IMG/VR virus record: IMGVR_UViG_3300045999_008996
Span: 158,564 to 222,563 of that record
Reading direction: 5' to 3' (one strand)
Length of the DNA stretch: 64,000 nucleotides
The notes beneath the pieces are model-generated. The model saw only the letters and a program-made list of their open reading frames with translations, did not search any database and was not told the DNA's origin. Below are positions 44,257 to 54,004 of the stretch, in pieces. The position numbers and the translations under genes were made by a program. The stretch's first letter is position 1; each line of letters starts with the position of its first letter.

Positions 44257-46757
44257 TATTCAAAAAAAGAATCAAGGTTTACTGTTTTTTCTACACTCCA
44301 CCCAATAGCATCAAGAATAATCTTGAGTGGTTCTAGAAATGCCTTTTCGAATTGTAGGTCATAATCAATGTATCTGTCAAGGTTAAGTTCCTTAGGAAAC
44401 TCTTGAATAAATGAAATAATATTCTCATGAATACTATTTGGTTTCTTTAAATAAATGAACTTAATCTTTTCTCCATTTTGAATAAGAGAATACTTGTTAG
44501 TCAATTTATTTTGTTTAATATAATGATTAAACAGAAGTGCTCCACGAACATGGATAGGAGTTTTTGGCGCATAAATGTTTGAAGAAGAGGAATACTTCTG
44601 AACATCAGAAGCTGACCTTGGAAAAGAGATAGATTCTGGAGGAAGTGTCTTAAATTCACGACGACATTTATCAATAAACTCAATCACCTCATCTTCAGTT
44701 CCGCTCATCATCAACTTGAGAGCATCCTTAATCATCTTGCGACAAGGAGCAGGAGTAGAAGATTTAACTGCTTCAATACCCATCATCTTTAGTTTAGGTT
44801 CTTCATAGCGAACACCTTCACTGTCCCATACATTTAAGATATAACGCTTCTTAGCAGTCCAGATTCCACGGTCAGCGATGTTTTCACGCTTCATCTGCAT
44901 CTTCTGGTCATATGCATTCACATAATCCGCCAGTTCTTGGTAGCAACCTTCAATATATTTTTCAAGTTCCACCTTACAGACCTTATCAAGGAACGAAACA
45001 ATGCTTTCAGTAGTTTTCTCTCTTCCTTTGAATATAGTTTGAACCAAAGGGCCCATATTAAGATAAATGGAGTCAGTATCTGAAGCAATAACATAATCAA
45101 CATCCTGTGTCTTAAGAAGTTTATTGATATAGTTATTCATTTTACCTTCAATCCACCGAATTGCAACCTGTCCACTTAATGTAATTGCTTCAGCATTTTC
45201 AAGTTTGTAATAACGGAAATACTGATTACCAATCGCACCATAAGCAGAGTTCAGAGAAATCTTCTTTGCCATTTGAATGTTATTGCATCGAGCAATCTCT
45301 TTTACAAGTTCTTTATTCTTTGTTTTCTCATACTCTTTCTTTGCTTCAATCATTTTCTTTTTGAAAATGACACGATCCTGATACATTTTATCCATTAGTT
45401 CAGGAAGAAATCCACGAACGTCTTTGCGGAACATTGCACCATTTGCACATACTGCGTAGTCCTTATACATTTCAAATGTAATTTCTTTGTTCAAAATCTT
45501 ATCGACTGTGACTGTTGGATGCCTTTCATCAACAAGAGTTTCTGGACTTACATTGAATTGCATAATCAGGTGTGGATACAGACTATTCAAGTCAAAGTTA
45601 ACAACCCAATCATACATTCCTGGTTTTGGTTCTTTTACATATGCACCTGCATACTTTTCATTTTTTTGAGTTTTACTTCTTGGAGGAATGACAATGTTTC
45701 TTTTCTTCAAATAGTTGTAGATAATATTGTCCCACATTCGAACTTGATAGAAAACGTCAGCATAATTTACTTTTGCGTCATATGCCATCGTGAGTGCAAG
45801 TTCAATCAACTTCATCTTGTCTTCCAAACGGTCAACAAGTTCTACGTCAACGATGTTGTACTCAATAAACTTTTGCCATCCTTGAGTGTAAAAATCTTTA
45901 AAGGTATCAAACTCAGAGTGATCAAGTTTTTTCTGCCCAAGTTCAACTTCAGCAATATAATCAAGACGATATGATTCTTGTGCCTTATAAGTAAATTTCT
46001 TATAAAGGTCAAGATAGTCAAGTTGAGTCATTCCACCAACATCAAATGTCGTGTGCTTACGTCCATTGATATAGATTTCTCCTTCTGTGACAAGTCCCCA
46101 GTTAGAGAAACGCTTCATTAATTTCTCGCCAAGAACACGATTCAGTCTCTTACAGATATAAGGAATATCGTACAACTGAATATTCCAACCAGTTACCACA
46201 TCAGGAACATCAACCATCCAATAATTGATAAAACTGTTTAGAAGTTCATATTCACTTGGACAGTAATAATAGGTCACATTACTTTGCTTATTATTAAATG
46301 GTTTGACTCCCCAAGTAATAATCTTTTTAGTTGTATAGTCCTGAATTGTAATTGCAAGAATTTCTTCAGAACAAGATTCAACATCAGGGAATCCTTGTTC
46401 CGATGCAACCTCAATGTCCAGAGTTACAAGTTTAATTTTACTAATATCAAACTTGATTTCATCCTCCGGATATTTTTCTGAAATGTATTGATAGATATAT
46501 CGATCGTTTCCATAAATCTCAAATCCATCAATCTCATCGTACTTTTTGTAGAACTCACGACAATCCTTAACGGTTCCTGGATTGATTGGTTCTACTGCTT
46601 CACCACTTAATGTTCTATACTTAGAATCCTTTTTAGTTTTTACATAAAGTGTTGGGAAAAACTCATCTCTTGTTTCAAACCTTTTACCATTTTCTACTCC
46701 ACGAACTAAAAACTGATTTCCAATCAACTGAACATTAGTATAAAAGCTTTGCATCAT
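44256..46757 (-). CDS. gp43: DNA polymerase B (gp43)
   Basis: DIEV exonuclease, DLNSLYP, KISLNSAYG, DTDS. Confidence 0.97.
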   Translation of the reverse strand: MMQSFYTNVQLIGNQFLVRGVENGKRFETRDEFFPTLYVKTKKDSKYRTLSGEAVEPINPGTVKDCREFYKKYDEIDGFEIYGNDRYIYQYISEKYPEDEIKFDISKIKLVTLDIEVASEQGFPDVESCSEEILAITIQDYTTKKIITWGVKPFNNKQSNVTYYYCPSEYELLNSFINYWMVDVPDVVTGWNIQLYDIPYICKRLNRVLGEKLMKRFSNWGLVTEGEIYINGRKHTTFDVGGMTQLDYLDLYKKFTYKAQESYRLDYIAEVELGQKKLDHSEFDTFKDFYTQGWQKFIEYNIVDVELVDRLEDKMKLIELALTMAYDAKVNYADVFYQVRMWDNIIYNYLKKRNIVIPPRSKTQKNEKYAGAYVKEPKPGMYDWVVNFDLNSLYPHLIMQFNVSPETLVDERHPTVTVDKILNKEITFEMYKDYAVCANGAMFRKDVRGFLPELMDKMYQDRVIFKKKMIEAKKEYEKTKNKELVKEIARCNNIQMAKKISLNSAYGAIGNQYFRYYKLENAEAITLSGQVAIRWIEGKMNNYINKLLKTQDVDYVIASDTDSIYLNMGPLVQTIFKGREKTTESIVSFLDKVCKVELEKYIEGCYQELADYVNAYDQKMQMKRENIADRGIWTAKKRYILNVWDSEGVRYEEPKLKMMGIEAVKSSTPAPCRKMIKDALKLMMSGTEDEVIEFIDKCRREFKTLPPESISFPRSASDVQKYSSSSNIYAPKTPIHVRGALLFNHYIKQNKLTNKYSLIQNGEKIKFIYLKKPNSIHENIISFIQEFPKELNLDRYIDYDLQFEKAFLEPLKIILDAIGWSVEKTVNLDSFFE

Positions 46758-47005
46758 TCTTTAATCAGGTCTTCGTATTTTTCAAGTAGTGTTGGAGTTG
46801 GATCAACAAGAGTAAGAATTTTATCTGAACTCATCATAAATGTAGATTGCTTCGTATATCCACAAAGAAATGGTTCTAAAGTTTGATCACTTTTTACAAC
46901 AAAGGGTTTTGTAAGTTTACAGTCAGGTTCTCCAAGATCCGAAGTAACTTCTTCAATTTTACTAATCAAAATAACATTGTTTATTAGTGCTAATACTTTG
47001 GTCAT
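46754..47005 (-). CDS. Hypothetical protein
   Basis: ORF track. Confidence 0.7.
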   Translation of the reverse strand: MTKVLALINNVILISKIEEVTSDLGEPDCKLTKPFVVKSDQTLEPFLCGYTKQSTFMMSSDKILTLVDPTPTLLEKYEDLIKE

Positions 47006-47102
47006 TTGAATCTCATACCTCTCAATATTCTACCAATAAAAAAAGGAGGAGTCAACCTGGATTTTGCCAGGTGCTCCTCGCGCCGACGATATTCAATACT
47101 AT

Positions 47103-47285
47103 TTATTCTCCGCCGTTCCCCCCACCATTACCACCGTCACCATCTCCATTTCCACCAGCACTTGAACGACTTCTTACAGGAACTGCTTTTCCTTTTGGAA
47201 TGTTTTTTTGCTTTCCTCCAGAATAAACAAGGTGAGGAACTGCATTCTTATATGCGATTGTTTTGAACTCGTCGAAAGATTTCAT
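47103..47285 (-). CDS. Small protein with Gly-rich tail
   Basis: MKSFDEF...; CTAAATA upstream. Confidence 0.6.
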   Translation of the reverse strand: MKSFDEFKTIAYKNAVPHLVYSGGKQKNIPKGKAVPVRSRSSAGGNGDGDGGNGGGNGGE

Positions 47286-47299
47286 TTTTTTATTTTTAT

Positions 47300-47734
47300 T
47301 TAGAGATAATCCTTTCGCGCATGATGTTCTGGGACAATTTTACCAAGTTTAATGGTTAACAGTCCATCCTCAAATACAACTTCTCGTACTTCCGTGTCAT
47401 CGGATAGTGTCCATGCTCTCTTGAAAGATCGTTGAGCCAGTCCCTTATGGACGTAGTTTGTATCAGATTCCCTATCCTCCTTTTGCCCTTCAACAAAAAG
47501 TTTTCCATACTCCGTGTATACATGCACTTCCTCCTTCTTAAATCCAGCGAGTGCAAGTTCGAGTCGTGATTCTACGTTACTGACTTGAACAAGGTTATAT
47601 GGTGGATAATTAGAAGTTGTTTCGTGAAGATTAAACAGACGATCAAAATATTCATCCATCCCAATACTATTGCGATTAATCCTTTCCAATAGAGCAGGAA
47701 GATCCGACGCAGTATAACGCATAAGGTTAGTCAT
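47300..47734 (-). CDS. hsp20: Small heat-shock protein
   Basis: YPPYN, ALAGF, HKGLAQRSF, DGLL. Confidence 0.93.
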   Translation of the reverse strand: MTNLMRYTASDLPALLERINRNSIGMDEYFDRLFNLHETTSNYPPYNLVQVSNVESRLELALAGFKKEEVHVYTEYGKLFVEGQKEDRESDTNYVHKGLAQRSFKRAWTLSDDTEVREVVFEDGLLTIKLGKIVPEHHARKDYL

Positions 47735-47790
47735 TATGGTAGCTCCTTTTTAAAGCGAGTTTGTGTTTTGTGGACCCTTTCGGCATCCAT
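47735..47790 (-). promoter_or_regulatory. ROSE-like RNA thermometer in the hsp20 5' UTR
   Basis: CUCGCUU pairs with AAGGAG SD with a bulged G; upstream GAAA hairpin. Confidence 0.6.
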
Positions 47791-47894
47791 TATTAATTAT
47801 ACAAGAAACGAAAAAAAGAGGTATCGGCAAAACCGAACCTCTTTTTAGGGTGTTCCGACTTTTGTAGAGTGCCGCACGAATGGCACACCACTAT

Positions 47895-48332
47895 TTATTC
47901 GGTTTCCTGACCCTTTCCCTTCTTACCAATATTATACTTCTGCTCCAAAATCCAATCACCCTTGTCCTTATATGCGAGGACTTTAATTTGATTAAGTGGG
48001 GCAATGTCAGAAACTGAATCCTCTTTTACAACAGTAATCAGTCCCCAGTCAGCAAGAAGGCGGGCAATGCGATTACGTCTCTGAACATCATTCACCGTAA
48101 GGTTAGCGTGTTTACCGTCTAGAGCAAACAGTTCCTTAAAGTGAACAATGTAATATCTACCTTGCTTATGCAAAATATGGCAAGATTGATAGAGTTTTTT
48201 CTCCTTTCTTGATGCAACTCCGATGCGTGTCAAAGTCTCACGAACTTTCAAAAAGTCATCTGGTTCATTAAGAATGACCTCCACCATTTGGTCTTGAGAC
48301 CAATTTACTGTAGGTTCTACCGTAGTAGTCAT
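47895..48332 (-). CDS. regA: Translational repressor RegA
   Basis: DDFLKVRETLTRIGVAS, CHILHKQG. Confidence 0.95.
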   Translation of the reverse strand: MTTTVEPTVNWSQDQMVEVILNEPDDFLKVRETLTRIGVASRKEKKLYQSCHILHKQGRYYIVHFKELFALDGKHANLTVNDVQRRNRIARLLADWGLITVVKEDSVSDIAPLNQIKVLAYKDKGDWILEQKYNIGKKGKGQETE

Positions 48333-48712
48333 TTTGATCCTCCAATATCAAGTCGTTTTTTAATAAAGTTAATTTGTTCTTTTGTCAGGATTTTCAGTGC
48401 TTGGGATGCTTTCTCATTACTATAACCATAGTATGATTTAACACACTCTAAGTCTGTAACCTTATCCTTTCGGAGCCAGGGAGAAAATCTCTTCTTTTTC
48501 CTTAGACTATTTAGATAAAACAAATATTGCATATCTTTATCAAGTTGATGGTGCATATTCATTTCATTTGCAAAAAGAATGCAATCAATATGACCTGATA
48601 AACATCTATTGATAACAAAAGGTGCATATTCCTTAATACAATATTCATCCTCTTGAATTAAATTTTCTTTCGTAAAATTTATCGAGTTTAACCAATCTTT
48701 AAGTTCCATCAT
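48329..48712 (-). CDS. gp62: Clamp loader small subunit (gp62)
   Basis: PFVINRCLS...ANEMN, RFSPW. Confidence 0.9.
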   Translation of the reverse strand: MMELKDWLNSINFTKENLIQEDEYCIKEYAPFVINRCLSGHIDCILFANEMNMHHQLDKDMQYLFYLNSLRKKKRFSPWLRKDKVTDLECVKSYYGYSNEKASQALKILTKEQINFIKKRLDIGGSK

Positions 48713-49830
48713 CTGATAATTTTAATTTCCTCATCATCTGTCCAGAGTTCAACCTTTGTTCTGAATCTATTTTCTTCTTTTAGTTTTTCGTATCTCTTTG
48801 TTGCTTTCTTCTTCCACCAAGAGATAATATTTTCCAAATAAAATTTATCCCAGTTCTGACCACGAACTAGTTCTTTTTGCTCCCCAAGAATTACTTCACG
48901 AACATTGGAGTATCCATATTCAGAAATGTAAAATCTCTTCTTTTGAGTAAGATTAAATGCAGAATTGATGACAGTATTAAACTCATCAAGTTTTTGTTTG
49001 TCTTGGAGTGAGTTTTTAATTATGGAGATCATTTTAGTCTGTCGCTTCATCTTTTTTGATGATGCCTTATTATCGGTCAAAGGAGTATTATTGTTCAGAT
49101 AAGTAAACCTATCGTGCAATCTGTGAAACACATCATCGTGAAGAAGAGGTAAGAACTTACTCTCAGTCAAACCTTTATATCGCATAAAAGGTTTTAGACC
49201 ATCATATTGAGATGCGTCTGTAGTTGAACCATAAAGAGAAGTTGTTTCAAAAAGAGCAATGTCTTTTTCAAAAACTTTGTTAAGTGTTTCTCTTGCATAA
49301 TGAGAGCAACAAAGTAGTGCCAAAAGTTTACCACCAAGGTAATTATATCCAAATGGTTGTGACGGAACAATCACGAAACCCATAGCTGCGTGACGATTAA
49401 AGATAGAAAGATTAGGGGGTTTACCTAACCACTCATTTCTTGGTTTTGAATTAATAGTTGGAGAACCAAATCGAATAAATCCAATTACCTTACTAGTATT
49501 CCTTTCAAAAACCATCCAACGGAGTTCTCTACCAGGAATATTTGATTCATTGTTATGAGAAGACACAACTCTCAAAAGAGTGTTGTAGTGTTCTTGAGGT
49601 AGTGCTTGCTGGAAACGATCACCAACAAACTTAATATCAAACTCCATATCTTCTGGATGAATATCTTCATTAAAGAACTCATCGTGCAATGGAGCAAGTG
49701 TATTAGAACTCTTGATTACTTCTTTCTTCACAAAACGCAAATAATCTTCAATATTTCCCATCTGAGAAAAATACTTAATAAATTCATCTGCTGCCCATTG
49801 AGCGTCTTGTTCTGAAATAATCATCATCAA
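48709..49830 (-). CDS. DUF4338 (DruA-like) domain protein
   Basis: PGREL, GSP...RNEWLG, PFGYNYLGGKLLAL, ETTSLYG. Confidence 0.65.
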   Translation of the reverse strand: MMMIISEQDAQWAADEFIKYFSQMGNIEDYLRFVKKEVIKSSNTLAPLHDEFFNEDIHPEDMEFDIKFVGDRFQQALPQEHYNTLLRVVSSHNNESNIPGRELRWMVFERNTSKVIGFIRFGSPTINSKPRNEWLGKPPNLSIFNRHAAMGFVIVPSQPFGYNYLGGKLLALLCCSHYARETLNKVFEKDIALFETTSLYGSTTDASQYDGLKPFMRYKGLTESKFLPLLHDDVFHRLHDRFTYLNNNTPLTDNKASSKKMKRQTKMISIIKNSLQDKQKLDEFNTVINSAFNLTQKKRFYISEYGYSNVREVILGEQKELVRGQNWDKFYLENIISWWKKKATKRYEKLKEENRFRTKVELWTDDEEIKIIR

Positions 49831-50114
49831 ACAATTAACTTTTTAGATGGTTTTTGAATTACCGAAAACATTTGTTCATATTGTTCCACAATTTGTTCTT
49901 GCGTATCGGCAACATACACTACATAACTTGTTTTGACCTTAATTTCCTCATTCTTATCTTTCAAAAGTGGAGACCAAGGAGCAAATCCAAGTTGTCCATT
50001 ACCGGAAGGAATAGCAACAATTGGATTAGTAATAACAATAAAAGCATCAGCATCCTCAATAAGGTCTGCAATGACATCTTCACCAGACCACATACGAATT
50101 AGTTTTACATTCAT
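49827..50114 (-). CDS. Conserved hypothetical (Sm-like) protein
   Basis: KLIRMWSGEDVIA. Confidence 0.7.
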   Translation of the reverse strand: MNVKLIRMWSGEDVIADLIEDADAFIVITNPIVAIPSGNGQLGFAPWSPLLKDKNEEIKVKTSYVVYVADTQEQIVEQYEQMFSVIQKPSKKLIV

Positions 50115-50125
50115 TTTTTTCTCCT

Positions 50126-51070
50126 TTATTTAAATTCACACTCACACATAATTTCAGTTAGTGCTGCTAAGAGATTAATTTCTTGGTCAGCCACGAACGC
50201 ACATTGGTATTGATACTTAGCAATAACAAGAACGGCAGCAGGGATAGACTGGGGTGAAAGACAATCAAAAGTGGCGTCATAAATCCTGCGAAGTAGACTA
50301 GAAGCATCGTTGTCCAGGTTGGAGACCACCCACTTACGAACCTCTGTAAAGTTCTTGTCTTTGAGGTTTTTGATAAGTTCATTTACAGAGATGTCTGAGA
50401 AAGATGCAAGAATGCCCGAGTCAATTTTTCCTCCTGTAGAGTATCTTTGGCATTCGTTGAGAACCCTACGAAAATCTGGGAAGTGCTTTGTAACAAGTTC
50501 CGCAACGACTTTTTGATCATATTCAATTTTTTCCGAATCCAAAATTGATTGAAGTCGTTGAAAGAAACTACCTGCAAGTTGAACTCTTTGCTTCCCTTTG
50601 ATGGTGAAGTCGATGACGGCACATCGGGAGTGAAGAGGTTCAATAATCTTGTTTTTGTAGTTGCAGGTGAAGATGAATCGGCAGTTGTTATAAAATGCCT
50701 CAATATTCGCCCGTAGTAGGAGTTGTACATCATTACCGGTATTGTCTGCTTCGTCAATGATGATGACTTTATGTTTAGAAGATCCCGTAAGTGAGACGGT
50801 CGAAGCGAAGTTCTTTGCTTGGTTTCGTACAGTATCCAAGAAACGCCCTTCGTCGGATCCATTGATGACATAATAATCTGCTCCCAATTCATTGCACAAT
50901 GCTTTTGCGATTGTAGTTTTACCAATACCAGGAGGTCCTGCAAGAAGAAGATTCGGAATCTCTCCCTTCTCAACAAACTCCTTAAATGTTTTTTTAGTTT
51001 CATCAGGAAGAATACAGTCATCAATTACTTGAGGCCTGTACTTTTCCACAAAAAGAAATTCACTTGTCAT
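50126..51070 (-). CDS. gp44: Clamp loader large subunit (gp44)
   Basis: EKYRP, GPPGIGKT, IIDEAD, SRC. Confidence 0.95.
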   Translation of the reverse strand: MTSEFLFVEKYRPQVIDDCILPDETKKTFKEFVEKGEIPNLLLAGPPGIGKTTIAKALCNELGADYYVINGSDEGRFLDTVRNQAKNFASTVSLTGSSKHKVIIIDEADNTGNDVQLLLRANIEAFYNNCRFIFTCNYKNKIIEPLHSRCAVIDFTIKGKQRVQLAGSFFQRLQSILDSEKIEYDQKVVAELVTKHFPDFRRVLNECQRYSTGGKIDSGILASFSDISVNELIKNLKDKNFTEVRKWVVSNLDNDASSLLRRIYDATFDCLSPQSIPAAVLVIAKYQYQCAFVADQEINLLAALTEIMCECEFK

Positions 51071-51072
51071 AA

Positions 51073-51588
51073 TCAAATCCAATCGGGTTTTCTTTCGGGC
51101 ATACGAAGATAGTTATCGGAAACCCAAGGTTTGGATGCGATGTATCTTTTGTATGCTTCAAATGTGTCAATAGTGTCGTCAAACTTCCATTCCTCAGGCA
51201 TAGCACGAGCAAATGGTGTCACCTCTGTAATTTTGCCCTTTGGAAACAAGTAATATGCATCCACAAGAGTTTTATAACAGGAGTGAGTTTTATTATACCG
51301 CAGGTAGTATTCATCAGACAAGTTCAATCCCCATTTGATTAACCAGTAGGCATTATGGATACTTTCCATTGCCCACTTGGTGCAGGGATGATTGCGGAAT
51401 GCTCCTTTCTCGGTCTTGTAGGGGGTTCCATCTGCCTTGGGAAGGGTTCCATACCCATACCCCCACTTCTGCGATGCCACGATAGAGAGCATCTGACAGC
51501 ACTCCAGGGGCATCTTAACGATGTGTTTATCGGGGAGGCACACCGCACTCTCGGCAGGCCAAGGAGAGGTAACAAAGATGTTCATCAA
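51073..51588 (-). CDS. Pyrimidine-dimer glycosylase (DenV)-like protein
   Basis: MNIF...DKHIVKMPLE..QMLS, NHPCTKW. Confidence 0.7.
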   Translation of the reverse strand: MMNIFVTSPWPAESAVCLPDKHIVKMPLECCQMLSIVASQKWGYGYGTLPKADGTPYKTEKGAFRNHPCTKWAMESIHNAYWLIKWGLNLSDEYYLRYNKTHSCYKTLVDAYYLFPKGKITEVTPFARAMPEEWKFDDTIDTFEAYKRYIASKPWVSDNYLRMPERKPDWI

Positions 51589-52250
51589 CCAAAAGTAGAA
51601 TCAGGTTCCAGAGCAATATAGTAAGTCACATCAAACCCAGTATTTTTAAAGCGTGACAAAAGTTTAGAAGAAATTACTACCTCATAAGAACCAGGAATAA
51701 TCTTGATGTTCTCCACCTTAAAGTTGAAAGTAAATACTTCATCGGTTTCACCAACAACAACAGAGAAGTCATTAGATGTATCGTTCTTCTTATCACGAAC
51801 AACCAATTTCACCACACCTGCTTCACCAACCACAGACAAGTCAGGAAGTTGATACACAGCAGCAGCTTTAAGGAGTTTATCAAGTTCCTTGGTATCAAGA
51901 ATGAAACAAACATCTTCAGAAGGAAGTGAAATAGATTTGTCCGGAGGGGTAACAATTACATTAGGATCTGCAAAGAAATATTTTGAGCGAGAACGACCTT
52001 CTTTGATTACAACATAACCATCGTTTTGGAAATCAAGTTCAGCGTTCTGATGAAGGTTAAGACCATTCAAGAACTGGTTCAAATCATAGATACCAAAATC
52101 CTTAGGAAGTTCTTCTTCAATTGTTGCTTCTGCCAATATATTTTTCATAACGCTAATTGTCCGCAAAGAACTACCTTCTTTAAACAAGATTGACTGATTA
52201 ATAGAAGAGAAGTTTTTGAGAAGCGTAAGAGTTTTATCAGAGAGTTTCAT
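51585..52250 (-). CDS. gp45: Sliding clamp (gp45)
   Basis: LKNFSSINQS, FGIYDLNQFL, YYIALE. Confidence 0.95.
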   Translation of the reverse strand: MKLSDKTLTLLKNFSSINQSILFKEGSSLRTISVMKNILAEATIEEELPKDFGIYDLNQFLNGLNLHQNAELDFQNDGYVVIKEGRSRSKYFFADPNVIVTPPDKSISLPSEDVCFILDTKELDKLLKAAAVYQLPDLSVVGEAGVVKLVVRDKKNDTSNDFSVVVGETDEVFTFNFKVENIKIIPGSYEVVISSKLLSRFKNTGFDVTYYIALEPDSTFG

Positions 52251-52255
52251 AATAA

Positions 52256-52612
52256 TCAGCGAGAGAATTCAGTAAGACCGTTATCTTTGCGGGTGTAGTG
52301 TCCGTCAAAGTGAAGAAGGAGCATAGCATAGTGAATTACTTTGAGCAAATCACGCTTGTTGCGTCCATCCTTGTCACCATAGCGACTTCCATACTTTAGA
52401 ATATTTGCTTGACAGAAACCAGGAGCAAGGTCCTTTGCTGCCATCAAATCAATCGTTTGAATGTCACTATATTCTTCATTGTGACCACAATAGTGACTTC
52501 CATAAGTTCCAGTCACATAATCTTCAACATCTTTGAGAATTTTGTCTTCGTTGTATTTCCAAAAATGAGTTTTGTTGTCTGTCATAGTAATAGTAAAAGT
52601 TGAATCAATCAT
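52256..52612 (-). CDS. DUF3310-like protein
   Basis: HY...NILKY..RYG.K...DLLKVIHY; start uncertain. Confidence 0.65.
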   Translation of the reverse strand: MIDSTFTITMTDNKTHFWKYNEDKILKDVEDYVTGTYGSHYCGHNEEYSDIQTIDLMAAKDLAPGFCQANILKYGSRYGDKDGRNKRDLLKVIHYAMLLLHFDGHYTRKDNGLTEFSR

Positions 52613-52650
52613 AAAAAGAGGGAAGGCACTTTTTACCTTCACCAATTATA

Positions 52651-53754
52651 TCAAACAGACTGATATGTGTCAATGGACTCTTCGGTAGGCATTTTGAAAT
52701 CAGCGTCTACCTTGTCATAAAGTTCAAGGAATGCTTGCTTGGTTTCGTCGTCGAAACGATTCACGCACACTTGGATTGCCTTTGCTTTATCTTGGAAGAT
52801 GCTGTAGGCACGGATGATGTGAACCAGACGGCGAGTGCTGATGATCTCCTCAATGCCACCATCGTAGAAGGTCTTACGGATGATGTCTGCCCAGTCCACC
52901 AGGCGCTTGCAGAAGTCACGGTCTTCTACACCAAGGTCCAGAGCGGTGCCTTCCAGAATCTTCTGCTCTGTGCTGGGAGCAGGGTAGGATTGCTCAAAGG
53001 TCACTGGGAAGCGTTCCAGGAATGCCTCGTTCAGCACATTGGTTCCAATGAAGCGTCCGTCATCAGAACCCTTTCCCTTAGTGTTTGCGGTGGCAATCAC
53101 ATTGAAACCAGCGGCAGGTTTCACCCAGCGACCAATCTTTTTCAGAAAGACACCCTTTCCTTCAAGGATAGATTGGAGACACAGAATCTTGTTGGAAGCA
53201 AGGTCAATTTCGTCAAGAAGAAGGATTGCTCCTCGCTCCAGTGCCTCAATGACGGGACCATTGTGCCAAGCAGTGTTGCCATCAACAAGGCGGAAACCAC
53301 CAATCAAATCATCCTCATCAGTTTCAATTGTAATGTTTACACGAATCAGTTCACGCTTAAGTTGAGCACACGCTTGCTCAACAGAAAACGTTTTACCATT
53401 GCCCGACAGACCCGTAATGAACGTAGGATAAAAAAGACTGGACTTGATAATTTTGTAAATATCACTAAAATTACCAAACTTGACGAAGGTATCATCTTTA
53501 TCAGGAATAAGATTTTGCTCTACAGGAGGAACCACAGAAGGTGCTTGGAAAGTACGTTCGATTTCTTCTACTTTTTGCTGTGTTACTTCAAGGTTCCATT
53601 TACCGCGACCAACTTTGAATTGATCAAGTTTTTTAGTTACAGTTTGATAGTTAGCATCGTTCAGATTACACCAGGCACGAATATCGGCACCAGTGATGGT
53701 GTTCCCATACAGGTTCTGGAGAGAAGTGCGGATGTAGTCGGAGGAGAGTGCCAT
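52651..53754 (-). CDS. cobS: MoxR-like AAA+ ATPase (cyanophage CobS)
   Basis: GLSGNGKT, LLDEID, ATANTKG, NEAFLERF. Confidence 0.9.
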   Translation of the reverse strand: MALSSDYIRTSLQNLYGNTITGADIRAWCNLNDANYQTVTKKLDQFKVGRGKWNLEVTQQKVEEIERTFQAPSVVPPVEQNLIPDKDDTFVKFGNFSDIYKIIKSSLFYPTFITGLSGNGKTFSVEQACAQLKRELIRVNITIETDEDDLIGGFRLVDGNTAWHNGPVIEALERGAILLLDEIDLASNKILCLQSILEGKGVFLKKIGRWVKPAAGFNVIATANTKGKGSDDGRFIGTNVLNEAFLERFPVTFEQSYPAPSTEQKILEGTALDLGVEDRDFCKRLVDWADIIRKTFYDGGIEEIISTRRLVHIIRAYSIFQDKAKAIQVCVNRFDDETKQAFLELYDKVDADFKMPTEESIDTYQSV

Positions 53755-53779
53755 TCGTTTGCTTTGTTTCAACCTAGTC

Positions 53780-53834
53780 ATTATAGACCAAAAAAGGGTC
53801 CTCCTGGGACCCCTGTGGTCAGTTTGCCAACTGG
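53780..53834 (-). promoter_or_regulatory. Phage promoter motif, copy 2
   Basis: CCAGTT-N4-AACTGACCAC-N29-TATAAT. Confidence 0.55.
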
Positions 53835-54004
53835 TTCCTGAGTTCTTTCAGATACTCTTCACTTGCAATGTGACCCGTATAACCTGGATAATATTTTTTT
53901 ACTAGTGTGGGAATACCCATAGCAGTTGTGCTGCTATTGCACTTAATCCATACTTCTTTGGTATCATATTTTACTACGTGCTCAAATGGAAATTTAGTCT
54001 TCAT
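53819..54004 (-). CDS. Hypothetical protein
   Basis: ORF track. Confidence 0.65.
   Translation of the reverse strand: MKTKFPFEHVVKYDTKEVWIKCNSSTTAMGIPTLVKKYYPGYTGHIASEEYLKELRNQLAN

Noticed and set aside
28682-46757. Introns or inteins in nrdA, nrdB, gp41 and gp43
   Set aside because: ORFs are continuous and of normal length
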